This document shows, in pieces, positions 29,121 to 38,823 of a stretch of DNA of 64,000 nt. The stretch's first letter is position 1; each line of letters opens with the position of its first letter. The DNA lies in the NCBI GenBank assembly GCA_963693055.1, contig OY843751.1:960001-1024000 (forward strand), read 5' to 3'. Source of the DNA: a bacterium (GTDB taxonomy: Bacteria; Zhuqueibacterota; Zhuqueibacteria; Residuimicrobiales; Krinioviventaceae). The notes beneath the pieces were generated by a model. That model saw nothing but the letters and a program-made list of their open reading frames with translations. It was not told the DNA's origin and ran no database searches. A program made the translations under genes and the position numbers.

Positions 29121-29963
29121 TTAATTTTTTTCCTGATCTGTATTTTGATCGTTTTCTTTATCTTCTTTTGGTAGGGTGGGTTTTGCAGCAGTAGATTTTT
29201 TACGAGTTGTCTTGGCCGGGGTTTTCTTTTCCTTTGACTCGTTCTCATCTTTGGTTTCAGTTGTTTTAGCTACCGCTTTTTTACGAGGAGCACGTTTGGG
29301 TTTTGTTTCCTTTGGTGCTTCTGTTTTGGTTTCGGTTTCAGTTTTTGTTTCAGGCTCTTGAGTTTTTTCTTCAGTAGCTGGCTCTTTTACTGCTTTTTTG
29401 TGTGAACTGGGCTTAGCCTCAACTGCGGTTGCCGAATCTGTCTCTTTGGCGGCAACTGTCGGTTCAGTTTCTTTTTTCTCCACACTGGCAGGTGCCTTGG
29501 GTTCCGGTTTTATTACCTCTTTTTTGGGCTTTTCCGGCTCTGGAGATTTTATAACTTTTTTTGCCGACTTTTTCGGTTTAAGAATTGTAAAAAGTCCAAA
29601 TATGAGTATAACAATGCCTACAAACAGCACAAGATAAGCTGATGCTCTAAACTTGCGTATTTCGGTTTTTTGAGCTATCAGATCATTTTCCATTAATTCA
29701 AGTGCGGATTTTACAGAGTCCAGTTTAGCTTCACGAACAACCAGATCCAGTTCTTTTTGTTGTAGAGAGTCCAGTAAAGCCTGGGCTTTTAACTGTAACG
29801 CATCGAGTTCGTTCTGCTTCAGTCTGATCTGGTCTTGTATGGCACTTTTTTCAAGTTCCGATTTGAGAATATCTACATTGGCCTTTTCTTCTTCATCAAT
29901 TTTAGAGCATGCAAAAGGCAGCATGAAAATTAGTATGATCGGAATCAGGTATTTGTACTTCAT
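29121..29963 (-). CDS. Hypothetical lipoprotein-like protein: coiled coil, TM helix and K/E/T/P-rich low-complexity tail
   Basis: Lipobox-like 'LPFA|C', heptad-rich segment, TM 'AYLVLFVGIVILIFGLFTIL' and charged tail; GGAGG RBS. Confidence 0.7.
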   Translation of the reverse strand: MKYKYLIPIILIFMLPFACSKIDEEEKANVDILKSELEKSAIQDQIRLKQNELDALQLKAQALLDSLQQKELDLVVREAKLDSVKSALELMENDLIAQKTEIRKFRASAYLVLFVGIVILIFGLFTILKPKKSAKKVIKSPEPEKPKKEVIKPEPKAPASVEKKETEPTVAAKETDSATAVEAKPSSHKKAVKEPATEEKTQEPETKTETETKTEAPKETKPKRAPRKKAVAKTTETKDENESKEKKTPAKTTRKKSTAAKPTLPKEDKENDQNTDQEKN

Positions 29964-30043
29964 TGGCCCCTCCTTTCAAGTTTATAATGTTAACTATTAC
30001 AAGATACAAATAATTCCGTTAATACGTAACCGTTATTTTACGA

Positions 30044-33000
30044 TTATTTTTCATATTTCCAGATGAAATCAATACCCGTGGTTTTGTCATCCCCTTTGGT
30101 TGCCTGTATGAAAAAATGACGATTCATTTCATATTCCAGAGACACCTGTTCGGAAACCAGTTCATGGGTTTGCCCGAGATTAAAGCCTTGAATATAACTT
30201 AAATACAGGTCATTGGTTATATATTTTCCCAAAACAATCGAGTTTTTACGCCAATTGTCACTGCCCTGAAATTCAATTACATCCAGATTCAGTTTTTCTT
30301 GCAGAGATCGCGAAATAGGTGCTGTGAGACGTCTGGCAACCCAGTTTTCAAGCGATGCGGTTGACAAGAGACCATTATTCTCCTGAAGTTGTTTTTTTTC
30401 ACCATAAGACAACTCGTTCGTGCTACGTCCAAACAAGAGGTAGGAAATAGCATCCGCTTCTTCAATAGATTCGTCATCCATAAGAAATGCAATTTGAGGA
30501 GATTCAGCATTGCCGGTTATATTGATATAGAGCTTTCTTTTCTCGCTATAAATATCCCGAAAGGTATGAAGGGCAGAAATATCAATTTCAGGGTTTATTT
30601 TCTTTTTCCCTGTAAAATTAATCTCGCCACTTTCAATTTGAAAACGTTTACTGTAAAGATTGATTGTGCCGCGAAGGGTTTCAATCGTACCGAATAGTGT
30701 TATCTGGTTACCGTTTGAAACCAGATCTAAATTACCGCCCAGTTCAATATTCAAGTCATTATTGCTGATCCAAAAGTTTTTATCAAACCGGATAGAGACC
30801 CTTGATTTTATATTGGATTCCAGCGTAGTCTTGGTTTTTACAGCTAATGTATCCTGACTGACGGTTTCCAAAAGGGCAGGAGATGTAGTACCATTTTTTT
30901 TATTCTTTTGTAACAATGGCAAATATATTCGCGATTGCAGAATGTTTATGTTACCATTCAACTCGGGAGTCGAATAATTTCCCTGTAAATCTAGCTCACC
31001 TGAAAATGTTAATCCCAGTTTGTTGCTTTTTGCCAGGGGGTAATTCAAAGGCGTTATATGTATACTAAGATCTTTTGGTTTAAAATCTGGTGTCAAATTG
31101 AAATTTCCATTCAATCTGAAAATTCCATTATCTTTTTTAGATTGAAAAGAATGAATTTGTACAAAGTTGCTGTCTATTTGTATATCACTATTCAAATTTG
31201 GGACCTTGATTGCGTATTCCGGGATGTCAATTTGTGTTTGTAATAATTTCAAATATCCATCAAGGTAGGCATTGCCGGCTATTTTTTGATACTTGAGATT
31301 AAAAGACATATCACCCTGAATGTTAGCAGTGGGGGAGACAAGTGCATTAATCATGGCCATGTTCATTTTATCTGTCGATATTTCAACTTTTAAATCTTTA
31401 TTGATCAGAGGGATTGTATCGTTATCTGTAACGGCCCCTGTCTGTATTGTTCCGGATACTGTTAAAAGCTGTTCCGAATTGTTTGTCAGGCTTGACTGGG
31501 TAGATAACAAGCCATCTTTGTATTGTATGGTACCACTCAGCCTTTCCAAAGGGGTATTATAGAAAACCGGAGATTCTATAGAAATATTGCCATCCAAAAC
31601 TGGGGTCGTTGTATTTCCAGTCAAATCAAGCTTTGAATACAGCAAACCCTTGTATTGCTTTTGTGGAAAATAGGGATTTAAAACCTTGTCTAGATCGAGT
31701 CCCGAGATGTTTAACGACAATAAATGATTACCGCTTTTACCCATACTTCCGTCAATAGCTATGGACTGGTTCCTGCTGAAAAGTTCAAAATCTGAAATAC
31801 TGAATGCCGAGCTGCTAAAACTGGAAGACGCTTTATTTGTTAACTGCCAGATCTGATTTGCTTGCAATATGGCTAAACTGTCAATACTGGCTGTTAACGT
31901 ATCCATCAGGTTTATTGTACCCATCAGATCCAAAGTTGTTGAATCATTTAATTGGATATAAAGATCATGGGCCAGTGATTTATCTTTAAACACGAGCTGT
32001 ACATTTGTTGAATCAACAGTGATTCCTGATATTCGTGCTTTGCCGGCATTTAACTGACCATTAACGGATAGATCAGAATTATTGATATAGACATCTGCAT
32101 TTCCGGTTAATACTGAAACCGTGATACTGTCCAGTTTTATGTTTTGCAGATTTATTTTATTTTTAATATTTAACGAATCCGGCTGGCCTGTAATATTACC
32201 TGTGATCTGACCTTGTGAACTGGAGTGCATGCCAGTTAATGCATAAAGATCCTGAGGGTACAAGGAATACTTGAAACCCATGTTCCGGTTGTGATCCAGT
32301 GCGCCTGCCAGATTAAATTGACCCAATGGGGATGTTGCTGTCAAAGAATCAATTTGAACGGATTGATCTCTTTGTTCTCCATTTAACGTGATTGAATGAA
32401 ATGGTATATCTCTGATGGTAATAGAATCGGACTGGATTGAAAATTGGTTTGTAAAGCTGTTCTGACTCCATGAGCCGGCATTGGTAAGTGATAGTGATAT
32501 GTCTGAAGATATCTCGGGTAAGAAACGGTCCAGCTGCAGGTTCTCCACCAGTCCTTTGAGTGTGTAGCGGATTGTATCTCCCAGTGTTGTTTCATTGCTT
32601 AGATGCAAATCCGCAATGTTGGATGTTCCCTGAACATTTAAAATAATGTCTTTTTGTTTTTTACTGCCCTCTATTAAAAGGTTTTTAATTTGATATGTAT
32701 TAAAATCCGAGTTGTTAAATTGCGCCAAAAGTTCTAGTTCAGAATTATTGATGGAAATATCTTTGCCTTGTACCTGAATGTTTCCATTAATGTTTGTTTT
32801 GGGCAAGTTCAAAGAATCAGTCCAGCGAGTCAGGTTGATCCGTTTCAATTTTGTTTCTAGTGTGTATGAAAAGGGAGATGTGTATGGAGATACCTGGCCA
32901 GAGAGTGCGAACGATTGTGAATTACGAGAGAAATCAGAACGGATTTGCATCTCGTTATCCTGGGTTTCGATATAAATATTGGCAAGCAAATTACCATTAG

Positions 33001-33817
33001 GTGAAAGCACGGGGAGCCATTGTGCAGCTTTGTTGAGAGATAATGTCAGGTTTGGCATGGACAGGTTTAAAAGCTGGTTATTTTCCAGATCATATAAAAG
33101 ATCTGCATTTACTATTGAAGAGTCGGTTTTGGCATGCAAATCGTTTATGTGCATGAGAGAATCCATCATTGCAATAGTGCAGGAAAATTGATTCAGTGAT
33201 GTCTTGTATGCTGGAATGTTAAATGTAAGAGCATTGATTGTAACATCAATGTTTTTTTTCGATACAACAAGTCCTGCTAAAAGTTGGAAATTATTAACTG
33301 CAACAGTGTCTTGGGGCAGCAACTGAATTATTTGAAAACATCCACGGGCAATTTTAATATCTGGCGCTGTAATTTGAAAGGGTAACGAGTTATTGCCGGA
33401 TTCAGGTGTCTGGGTCGTATCCGATTTTGCGAGTTTTTGCCAATTGAGTTTGTTATTTTCTTTTTCCAGATTTATAAACAACGAATCTAAATGGATAGTC
33501 TCTATCTGCAACCGGTTTTTTGCCAATTCGAATAAATTATAGCTGATTTGTAATTGGTCCGTATATAACAATGTATCAGTATGTGTTGAAATTCGGATTC
33601 CATCAAGTGAAAGTTCTTTAAATAAATTTCCTTTTATTGCATCCACTTGAACTAGGGCATTCAAATTTTTATTTAAACGGTTAAGCACCAGGGTCTTTAG
33701 TTTATCTTTAAACCACACCGTCTGACTTGATGCAATAACAATGATCAAGAGTATAAAGATTATTCCGAGCGTAATGAGCAAGGAGAGCAGGATTTTTTTT
33801 ATGATCTTAGAACGCAT
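30044..33817 (-). CDS. tamB: TamB/AsmA-like translocation and assembly module protein
   Basis: N-terminal anchor, long beta-taco-like repeats, DUF490-like C-terminus ('LGKYITNDLYLSY...GIDFIWKYEK'); adjacent to an Omp85 gene. Confidence 0.85.
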   Translation of the reverse strand: MRSKIIKKILLSLLITLGIIFILLIIVIASSQTVWFKDKLKTLVLNRLNKNLNALVQVDAIKGNLFKELSLDGIRISTHTDTLLYTDQLQISYNLFELAKNRLQIETIHLDSLFINLEKENNKLNWQKLAKSDTTQTPESGNNSLPFQITAPDIKIARGCFQIIQLLPQDTVAVNNFQLLAGLVVSKKNIDVTINALTFNIPAYKTSLNQFSCTIAMMDSLMHINDLHAKTDSSIVNADLLYDLENNQLLNLSMPNLTLSLNKAAQWLPVLSPNGNLLANIYIETQDNEMQIRSDFSRNSQSFALSGQVSPYTSPFSYTLETKLKRINLTRWTDSLNLPKTNINGNIQVQGKDISINNSELELLAQFNNSDFNTYQIKNLLIEGSKKQKDIILNVQGTSNIADLHLSNETTLGDTIRYTLKGLVENLQLDRFLPEISSDISLSLTNAGSWSQNSFTNQFSIQSDSITIRDIPFHSITLNGEQRDQSVQIDSLTATSPLGQFNLAGALDHNRNMGFKYSLYPQDLYALTGMHSSSQGQITGNITGQPDSLNIKNKINLQNIKLDSITVSVLTGNADVYINNSDLSVNGQLNAGKARISGITVDSTNVQLVFKDKSLAHDLYIQLNDSTTLDLMGTINLMDTLTASIDSLAILQANQIWQLTNKASSSFSSSAFSISDFELFSRNQSIAIDGSMGKSGNHLLSLNISGLDLDKVLNPYFPQKQYKGLLYSKLDLTGNTTTPVLDGNISIESPVFYNTPLERLSGTIQYKDGLLSTQSSLTNNSEQLLTVSGTIQTGAVTDNDTIPLINKDLKVEISTDKMNMAMINALVSPTANIQGDMSFNLKYQKIAGNAYLDGYLKLLQTQIDIPEYAIKVPNLNSDIQIDSNFVQIHSFQSKKDNGIFRLNGNFNLTPDFKPKDLSIHITPLNYPLAKSNKLGLTFSGELDLQGNYSTPELNGNINILQSRIYLPLLQKNKKNGTTSPALLETVSQDTLAVKTKTTLESNIKSRVSIRFDKNFWISNNDLNIELGGNLDLVSNGNQITLFGTIETLRGTINLYSKRFQIESGEINFTGKKKINPEIDISALHTFRDIYSEKRKLYINITGNAESPQIAFLMDDESIEEADAISYLLFGRSTNELSYGEKKQLQENNGLLSTASLENWVARRLTAPISRSLQEKLNLDVIEFQGSDNWRKNSIVLGKYITNDLYLSYIQGFNLGQTHELVSEQVSLEYEMNRHFFIQATKGDDKTTGIDFIWKYEK

Positions 33818-35615
33818 GACCAACACTCAGGTGATATTCAAATGTTGTTTTGTCATCAAATATTGGAGAAGCCATATCAACTCGGATAGGTCCAATAGGA
33901 GTATGGAGACGAATTCCAACACCGGGAGAGTAATGCAGATCATTCATGTCAAAATAGAGACTTGAAGTCCATACGTTACCAAAATCCATAAAAATGACCC
34001 CTGAAAGTCTGCTCCAGACCGGGAAACGCAGTTCAATGCTGTTTTCGATATAACTGTTTCCACCCAAAGGTTTTCCCTGAGAGCTTTTGGGCCCCAGTTC
34101 TGATCTGGCCCACCCGCGGACCGAACTGCTGCCTCCAATAAAGAAACGTTCTTCAATAGGGGCAATGCTGTTTTGCCAGGTTTCAATGACTCCCCATTTT
34201 GTTTTAAGGGCCAGTACAGTAGACTCGTTAATTTTCCTAAAAAAATGTGCTTCAGCGAGAAAACGGTGATAATGAAAAGAGCTGTTAAAACCCAGGCCTG
34301 AAATTGTATATGTTGCTGATAAATAAGATCCCGAATTGGGGGTAAACATGGGAACGGATGTATCACGTGTTATACCCAGGGTTATGCCACTTTTATTATA
34401 CAAAGAGATATCCCGGTTTGCCAGTAACTCTTCTTTGGTCAAAGAGTTTGTATAAAGTTTTGCCTGTTCAAGTGAATAATTCATAAATATATCAATATCT
34501 GAAGATACATTCTTGTGTACACTACTGCTAATACCTGTACGTCTGATTCGGTATGCGGGTTCCCTTTCTTTTCTGAGGAACGGCTCAATTGTCAATGAGG
34601 TCCTCTTCCATACAAATGCCGGGTGCACCCATTTGAGGTTAAGATTATATGGTTCAAGATAAGAGTGCTTTGCATTTAATGTAATTCGCCTTACACTGCC
34701 CAGAAACCCAATTTTTCTGACTTCAGCAAATAGACGGACCTGGTCTTCCTTACCATAACCAATACCTGTTTTAGTACGGAATCGTGCGGATTCTTTAACA
34801 TTGATGGAAACCGGGATTTGATTATTTGTAGTAGAATCCAGCAAGGCATTTACAGATACGTATTGAAATACACCAAGTTCATATACCTGTTGCTGAGATT
34901 GCCCAAGCTCGTTTTGTGAAAAATTATCACCACTGCTAAATGAAATCTGTTTTTTTATATAATATGATGGAATTTGTTCGTTTTGAACAGAAATTTCACC
35001 AAAAAAACTTTTTTGGCCTGTGTTAATGCTGAAAACAACTTGAACAAAATTATCTTGTACCGATAATTTAGGATCAACCAAAACATATGGAAATCCATTA
35101 TTGACATAATATGAATTAATTAGTAACAGGTCTTTTTTGTATTGATTGTCTGTAAATCGTTCCCCTTTGATAAGCCTTAATTGTTTTTGTATGTCCTGAG
35201 GAAGAGACGTGCTGGAATCTTTACCAGAATTCGGATTAATATTAAAAATAACATTTGAAATGATAATGGGTTGGTTCTCATGGACTTTAATGTCTATAGC
35301 AACACTATTATCTATTTTTGTTACAGCATCAACATCAACATTCAGGAACCCCTCTTTTTTGTAAAAATCCTTAATACTGGCAATGTCATTTTGTAATAAC
35401 GTTTCATCAAAAGGGAGCAGGTCTCTCCAAAAAAACAGTCTTTTCAGCGTTCCCCGTTCTTTTAACTGCATCTGATTTTTGATCTGCCCGGAAGAAAAAG
35501 TCTCATTCCCCGTTATATTGATTTTTTTGACCGGATATTGAGCAAAGATTGCAACAGGATACAGAACAGCCAGCAGAATCGCGATCCTGAAAAATTTGGA
35601 AAATACGGATTTCAT
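33807..35615 (-). CDS. Omp85/TamA-BamA family outer membrane protein
   Basis: POTRA-like repeats, 'FFIGGSSSVRGW' (VRGF/Y-type motif), 'TPIGPIRVD' and C-terminal 'GHAF'. Start moved to the ATG with a signal peptide (MKSVFSK..IFA|Q). Confidence 0.88.
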   Translation of the reverse strand: MKSVFSKFFRIAILLAVLYPVAIFAQYPVKKINITGNETFSSGQIKNQMQLKERGTLKRLFFWRDLLPFDETLLQNDIASIKDFYKKEGFLNVDVDAVTKIDNSVAIDIKVHENQPIIISNVIFNINPNSGKDSSTSLPQDIQKQLRLIKGERFTDNQYKKDLLLINSYYVNNGFPYVLVDPKLSVQDNFVQVVFSINTGQKSFFGEISVQNEQIPSYYIKKQISFSSGDNFSQNELGQSQQQVYELGVFQYVSVNALLDSTTNNQIPVSINVKESARFRTKTGIGYGKEDQVRLFAEVRKIGFLGSVRRITLNAKHSYLEPYNLNLKWVHPAFVWKRTSLTIEPFLRKEREPAYRIRRTGISSSVHKNVSSDIDIFMNYSLEQAKLYTNSLTKEELLANRDISLYNKSGITLGITRDTSVPMFTPNSGSYLSATYTISGLGFNSSFHYHRFLAEAHFFRKINESTVLALKTKWGVIETWQNSIAPIEERFFIGGSSSVRGWARSELGPKSSQGKPLGGNSYIENSIELRFPVWSRLSGVIFMDFGNVWTSSLYFDMNDLHYSPGVGIRLHTPIGPIRVDMASPIFDDKTTFEYHLSVGHAF

Positions 35616-35626
35616 CAAATTACAGG

Positions 35627-36511
35627 TTATTGCCCTGTTGTTTCGGTAAAGGGAACCGGCAGGGGAGAGCGAACATGCAAATCTCTTTGCGGAAAGGGGA
35701 TTTCTATCTGATTTTCTCTGAATTTTCGTACAATGTCGCAATTGATATCCGATCTTACATAATAATGTCGTTTGGGATCCTTGATCCATACACGCAGCAT
35801 CAGGTTCCACGAAGAATCTCCAAACTCCATAAACAACACTTCGGGGGCAGGAAATTTCAATACTTCATCATTTTCTTCTGCAACATTTTTTAGTACAGAT
35901 AGAACCAGATCAAGATCCGAATTATAAGATACACCAATATTCAGGTCAAGCCGGACTTTGGGATCACCATGTGACCAGTTGACAACATTTGACGAGATAA
36001 ATTCAGTGTTGGGAACAATATAAGAAATATTATTGAGTGAGCGTATCGTTGTAGAACGGATATTAATTTCTGTAACATCACCCTCAGTATCGCCAACAGT
36101 AATACGGTCACCCACTTTGATTGGCTGTTCAAATAGTAATATAAGCCCTGATATAAAATTGGAGGTGACATTTTGTAAACCAAAACCAATACCTACGGAT
36201 AATAAACCGAATATAACTGCCAGTCCGCTAAGATTGATGCCAATACTGTTAAATGCAAAGATAGCGCCAATAATAACCAGTATATATTCAAAGATACGCA
36301 TCATTACATAACGTTTACCTTCCTGAATGTGAAATCGGGACAGGACCTTGTCTGAAAACCAGCGCGTTGTTGTTTTGGAAAGATATAAAAATGCCCCAAA
36401 TATGAGAATGAATTTAATCAGAGAGCTTAGGGAAATTTTTGTATCTCCCAATGAGAATAGCACAAAGTTTAATACATCATTGAATTTTTGAAAAATATCG
36501 CCTAAGCCCAT
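35627..36511 (-). CDS. mscS: Small-conductance mechanosensitive channel (MscS family)
   Basis: 'GIGFGLQNVTSNFISGLILLFEQPIKVGD' and 'IPFPQRDLH' motifs. Confidence 0.92.
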   Translation of the reverse strand: MGLGDIFQKFNDVLNFVLFSLGDTKISLSSLIKFILIFGAFLYLSKTTTRWFSDKVLSRFHIQEGKRYVMMRIFEYILVIIGAIFAFNSIGINLSGLAVIFGLLSVGIGFGLQNVTSNFISGLILLFEQPIKVGDRITVGDTEGDVTEINIRSTTIRSLNNISYIVPNTEFISSNVVNWSHGDPKVRLDLNIGVSYNSDLDLVLSVLKNVAEENDEVLKFPAPEVLFMEFGDSSWNLMLRVWIKDPKRHYYVRSDINCDIVRKFRENQIEIPFPQRDLHVRSPLPVPFTETTGQ

Positions 36512-36570
36512 AAACCAACTCCTCTAAAAGTGAACATCAAATACGGATTTACCATATTTTGAAAAATAGC

Positions 36571-36599
36571 TTGACTTTTCCAAATGAATTTGATATTAT
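36571..36599 (+). promoter_or_regulatory. Sigma70-type promoter of tRNA-Gly
   Basis: TTGACT-N17-TATTAT with an extended -10 TG, 10 bp upstream of the tRNA. Confidence 0.7.
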
Positions 36600-36609
36600 T
36601 GGTCTCGCT

Positions 36610-36681
36610 GCGGGAGTAATTCAGCGGTAGAATGCAAGCTTCCCAAGCTTGACGTTGCGGGTTCGACTCCCGTCTCCCGCT
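36610..36681 (+). tRNA. tRNA-Gly (anticodon CCC); CCA not encoded
   Basis: Acceptor stem GCGGGAG/CTCCCGC, anticodon arm CAAGC-TTCCCAA-GCTTG and T-loop GTTCGACTC; followed by TCAA rather than TCCA. Confidence 0.97.
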
Positions 36682-36689
36682 CAAATGAG

Positions 36690-36727
36690 AAAACGCCTTT
36701 TGCTAAAATTGCAAAAGGCGTTTTTTT
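36690..36727. terminator. Bidirectional terminator between the tRNA and ackA
   Basis: AAAACGCCTTTTGC-taaaatt-GCAAAAGGCGTTTTTTT. Confidence 0.88.
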
Positions 36728-36732
36728 ATAAA

Positions 36733-37926
36733 TTATGCAGCTTGCAAAATCTTTTTTGTATCTCTGGCAATAGCCAATTCTTCATTGGTAGGTACAACCA
36801 GAACACGGGTTGTACCTGTTCCTAAATCAAATTCATTGGTTTCATTTTTATCGGGATCAAAACTGATTCCAAAGTGTTCCATGTTTGACAGAATAATATT
36901 CCGGCAATAGGGTGACCGCTCTCCAATTCCCGCAGTAAAGACTAGTGCATCCAAACCACCGAGAATTGCATAATATGCACCAATATATTTTTTAATTCTG
37001 TGACAAAAGATTTCTAATGCGAGTATATATTTTTCTATTCCAGCCATTGCTTCATCTTCAATATCGCGGAAATCGCTCATACCTTCTGTAAGTCCCAGCA
37101 TACCACTCTTTTTATTCAACAGGTTATCTACCTGCTCAACGGACATGTTTTTCAAAGTAGCGATATACAATACAAGCGCGGGATCAATATCGCCGCAGCG
37201 GGTACCCATAACCAATCCTTCAAGTGGTGTAAAACCCATGCTGGTTTCAATAGATTGGCCACCATCAATTGCTGTTACACTGGCTCCATTTCCAAGATGG
37301 CATGAAATAATTTTTAATTCTTCAATGGGTTTACCCAGATAGTCGGCAGTTTGGTTTGCTACAAAATTATGAGAGGTGCCATGAAAACCATATCGTCTGA
37401 TTTTGTCATATTTGTAATAGTCCAGGGGAAGTGCATACATGTGAGCTTTGGGTGGTATTGTGTTGTGGAATGCTGTATCAAAAACACCTACCTGAGGCAC
37501 GCCTGACAACTGTTCCTCGCAAACTTCAATTCCTTTAAGATTGTGGGGATTATGCAATGGAGCAAACTGAATACAACGTCTAACACCTTCTTTAACATTA
37601 TTATCAATGCGAACGGATGTGACAAATTCCTCACCACCATGTACTATACGGTGTCCAATTCCTGAAATTTCGGATTGATCTTTAATTACTCCGTTTTCCG
37701 GATCCATTAATGTTTTAATTACCAATCCTATAGCCACACTGTGATCAGCAATTTCACGTGTATCTGTAATGTTTTTTTTACCTTCAACAGCGGGTTTATA
37801 TTTCAGAATGGCGTCTTTGGCACCTATACGCTCAACCTGACCTTTTGCGACAACACTTTCATCACTCATATCAATCAATTGATATTTTATGGAAGAGCTG
37901 CCGCAGTTTAGAACTAAAATGTTCAT
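36733..37926 (-). CDS. ackA: Acetate kinase
   Basis: 'ILVLNCGSSSIKY', 'GHRIVHGG', 'APLHNP', 'RRYGFHGTSH', 'HLGNGAS' and 'PTNEELAIA' motifs. Confidence 0.97.
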   Translation of the reverse strand: MNILVLNCGSSSIKYQLIDMSDESVVAKGQVERIGAKDAILKYKPAVEGKKNITDTREIADHSVAIGLVIKTLMDPENGVIKDQSEISGIGHRIVHGGEEFVTSVRIDNNVKEGVRRCIQFAPLHNPHNLKGIEVCEEQLSGVPQVGVFDTAFHNTIPPKAHMYALPLDYYKYDKIRRYGFHGTSHNFVANQTADYLGKPIEELKIISCHLGNGASVTAIDGGQSIETSMGFTPLEGLVMGTRCGDIDPALVLYIATLKNMSVEQVDNLLNKKSGMLGLTEGMSDFRDIEDEAMAGIEKYILALEIFCHRIKKYIGAYYAILGGLDALVFTAGIGERSPYCRNIILSNMEHFGISFDPDKNETNEFDLGTGTTRVLVVPTNEELAIARDTKKILQAA

Positions 37927-38136
37927 CAATTACTCCAAATCTTTTATCGCTATATTAATATAATAATAATTAAATAATTAAATGAAATTTAGCAAAAATT
38001 TGTAAAATATCAAGTAAAGTTTTTTCACTGTTTTTATTAAGCATGAGAGGAATTTAAAAAACAATTTGTAATCTATTATCATTATTCTTAAATTCGATTG
38101 AATTTTATAAACATTCACTAACTGGTTGTTTTTCTT

Positions 38137-38775
38137 ATGAAAGTTCTGATTGCTGAAGATGATGATGTTTCAAGACGTATTTTGGAATACTGGCTTAAAA
38201 AATGGGGTTATGAAGTATTAATTGCCCACAATGGAAAACAGGCATGGGATGTTTTGAATCAGGATGATGCTCCGAGATTGGCAATATTAGACTGGGTTAT
38301 GCCTGAAATGGATGGGTTGGAAGTATGTAAAAAGGTCCGAGAAAAGTGGGATGAAGGTTATATTTATATTATTATCCTAACTTCCAAAGAGAGCAAACAG
38401 GACATCATTCAGGCTTTGAATTCGGGTGCCGATGATTTTATACAAAAACCCTATTATCAGGGTGAACTTCAAAGTCGAATAAACGCAGGGCGTAGAATTA
38501 TAGAATTGCAGCTTGCATTGTCTGCAAAAATTCAAAGCCTTGAAGAAGCATTAAATCATGTCCGGCAATTACAGGGATTGTTGCCTATATGTTCGTACTG
38601 TAAAAAAGTGCGAGATGATAATAATTACTGGCACCAGGTGGAAGAATATATAACCCATCATTCAGATGCTAAATTTAGTCATGGAATTTGTCCTGATTGT
38701 TATGAACAATATGTAAAACAGGATTTAAAAGAGTTACGAGAAGAAAAATCCAGGCAAAATTCAGCCAAAGAATAA
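38137..38775 (+). CDS. Response regulator (REC + Cys-rich C-terminal domain)
   Basis: REC motifs 'IAEDD', 'LDWVMPEMDG' and 'GADDFIQKP'; C-terminal 'LPICSYCKKVRD...SHGICPDC'. Confidence 0.9.
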   Translation: MKVLIAEDDDVSRRILEYWLKKWGYEVLIAHNGKQAWDVLNQDDAPRLAILDWVMPEMDGLEVCKKVREKWDEGYIYIIILTSKESKQDIIQALNSGADDFIQKPYYQGELQSRINAGRRIIELQLALSAKIQSLEEALNHVRQLQGLLPICSYCKKVRDDNNYWHQVEEYITHHSDAKFSHGICPDCYEQYVKQDLKELREEKSRQNSAKE

Positions 38776-38823
38776 CACCCCTCTTTTCGCTTTCCAATTG
38801 ATTTGATTAAAAAGGAGTATTTG

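Noticed and set aside
29027-29248. 73-aa minus-strand ORF crossing the terminator
   Set aside because: Alternative frame of the low-complexity tail of 29121-29963, running through a terminator hairpin.
35616-35810. N-terminal 65-aa extension of the Omp85 ORF in the track
   Set aside because: It overlaps mscS in another frame; the signal peptide begins at ATG 35615.
36502-36684. 60-aa minus-strand ORF 'MSGRRESNPQRQAWEACILPLNYSR'
   Set aside because: It is the antisense translation of tRNA-Gly, a well-known shadow ORF.
36610-36730. tRNA-Gly as a possible integration site
   Set aside because: No integrase and no duplicated tRNA 3' end seen in the window; the flanks are housekeeping genes.
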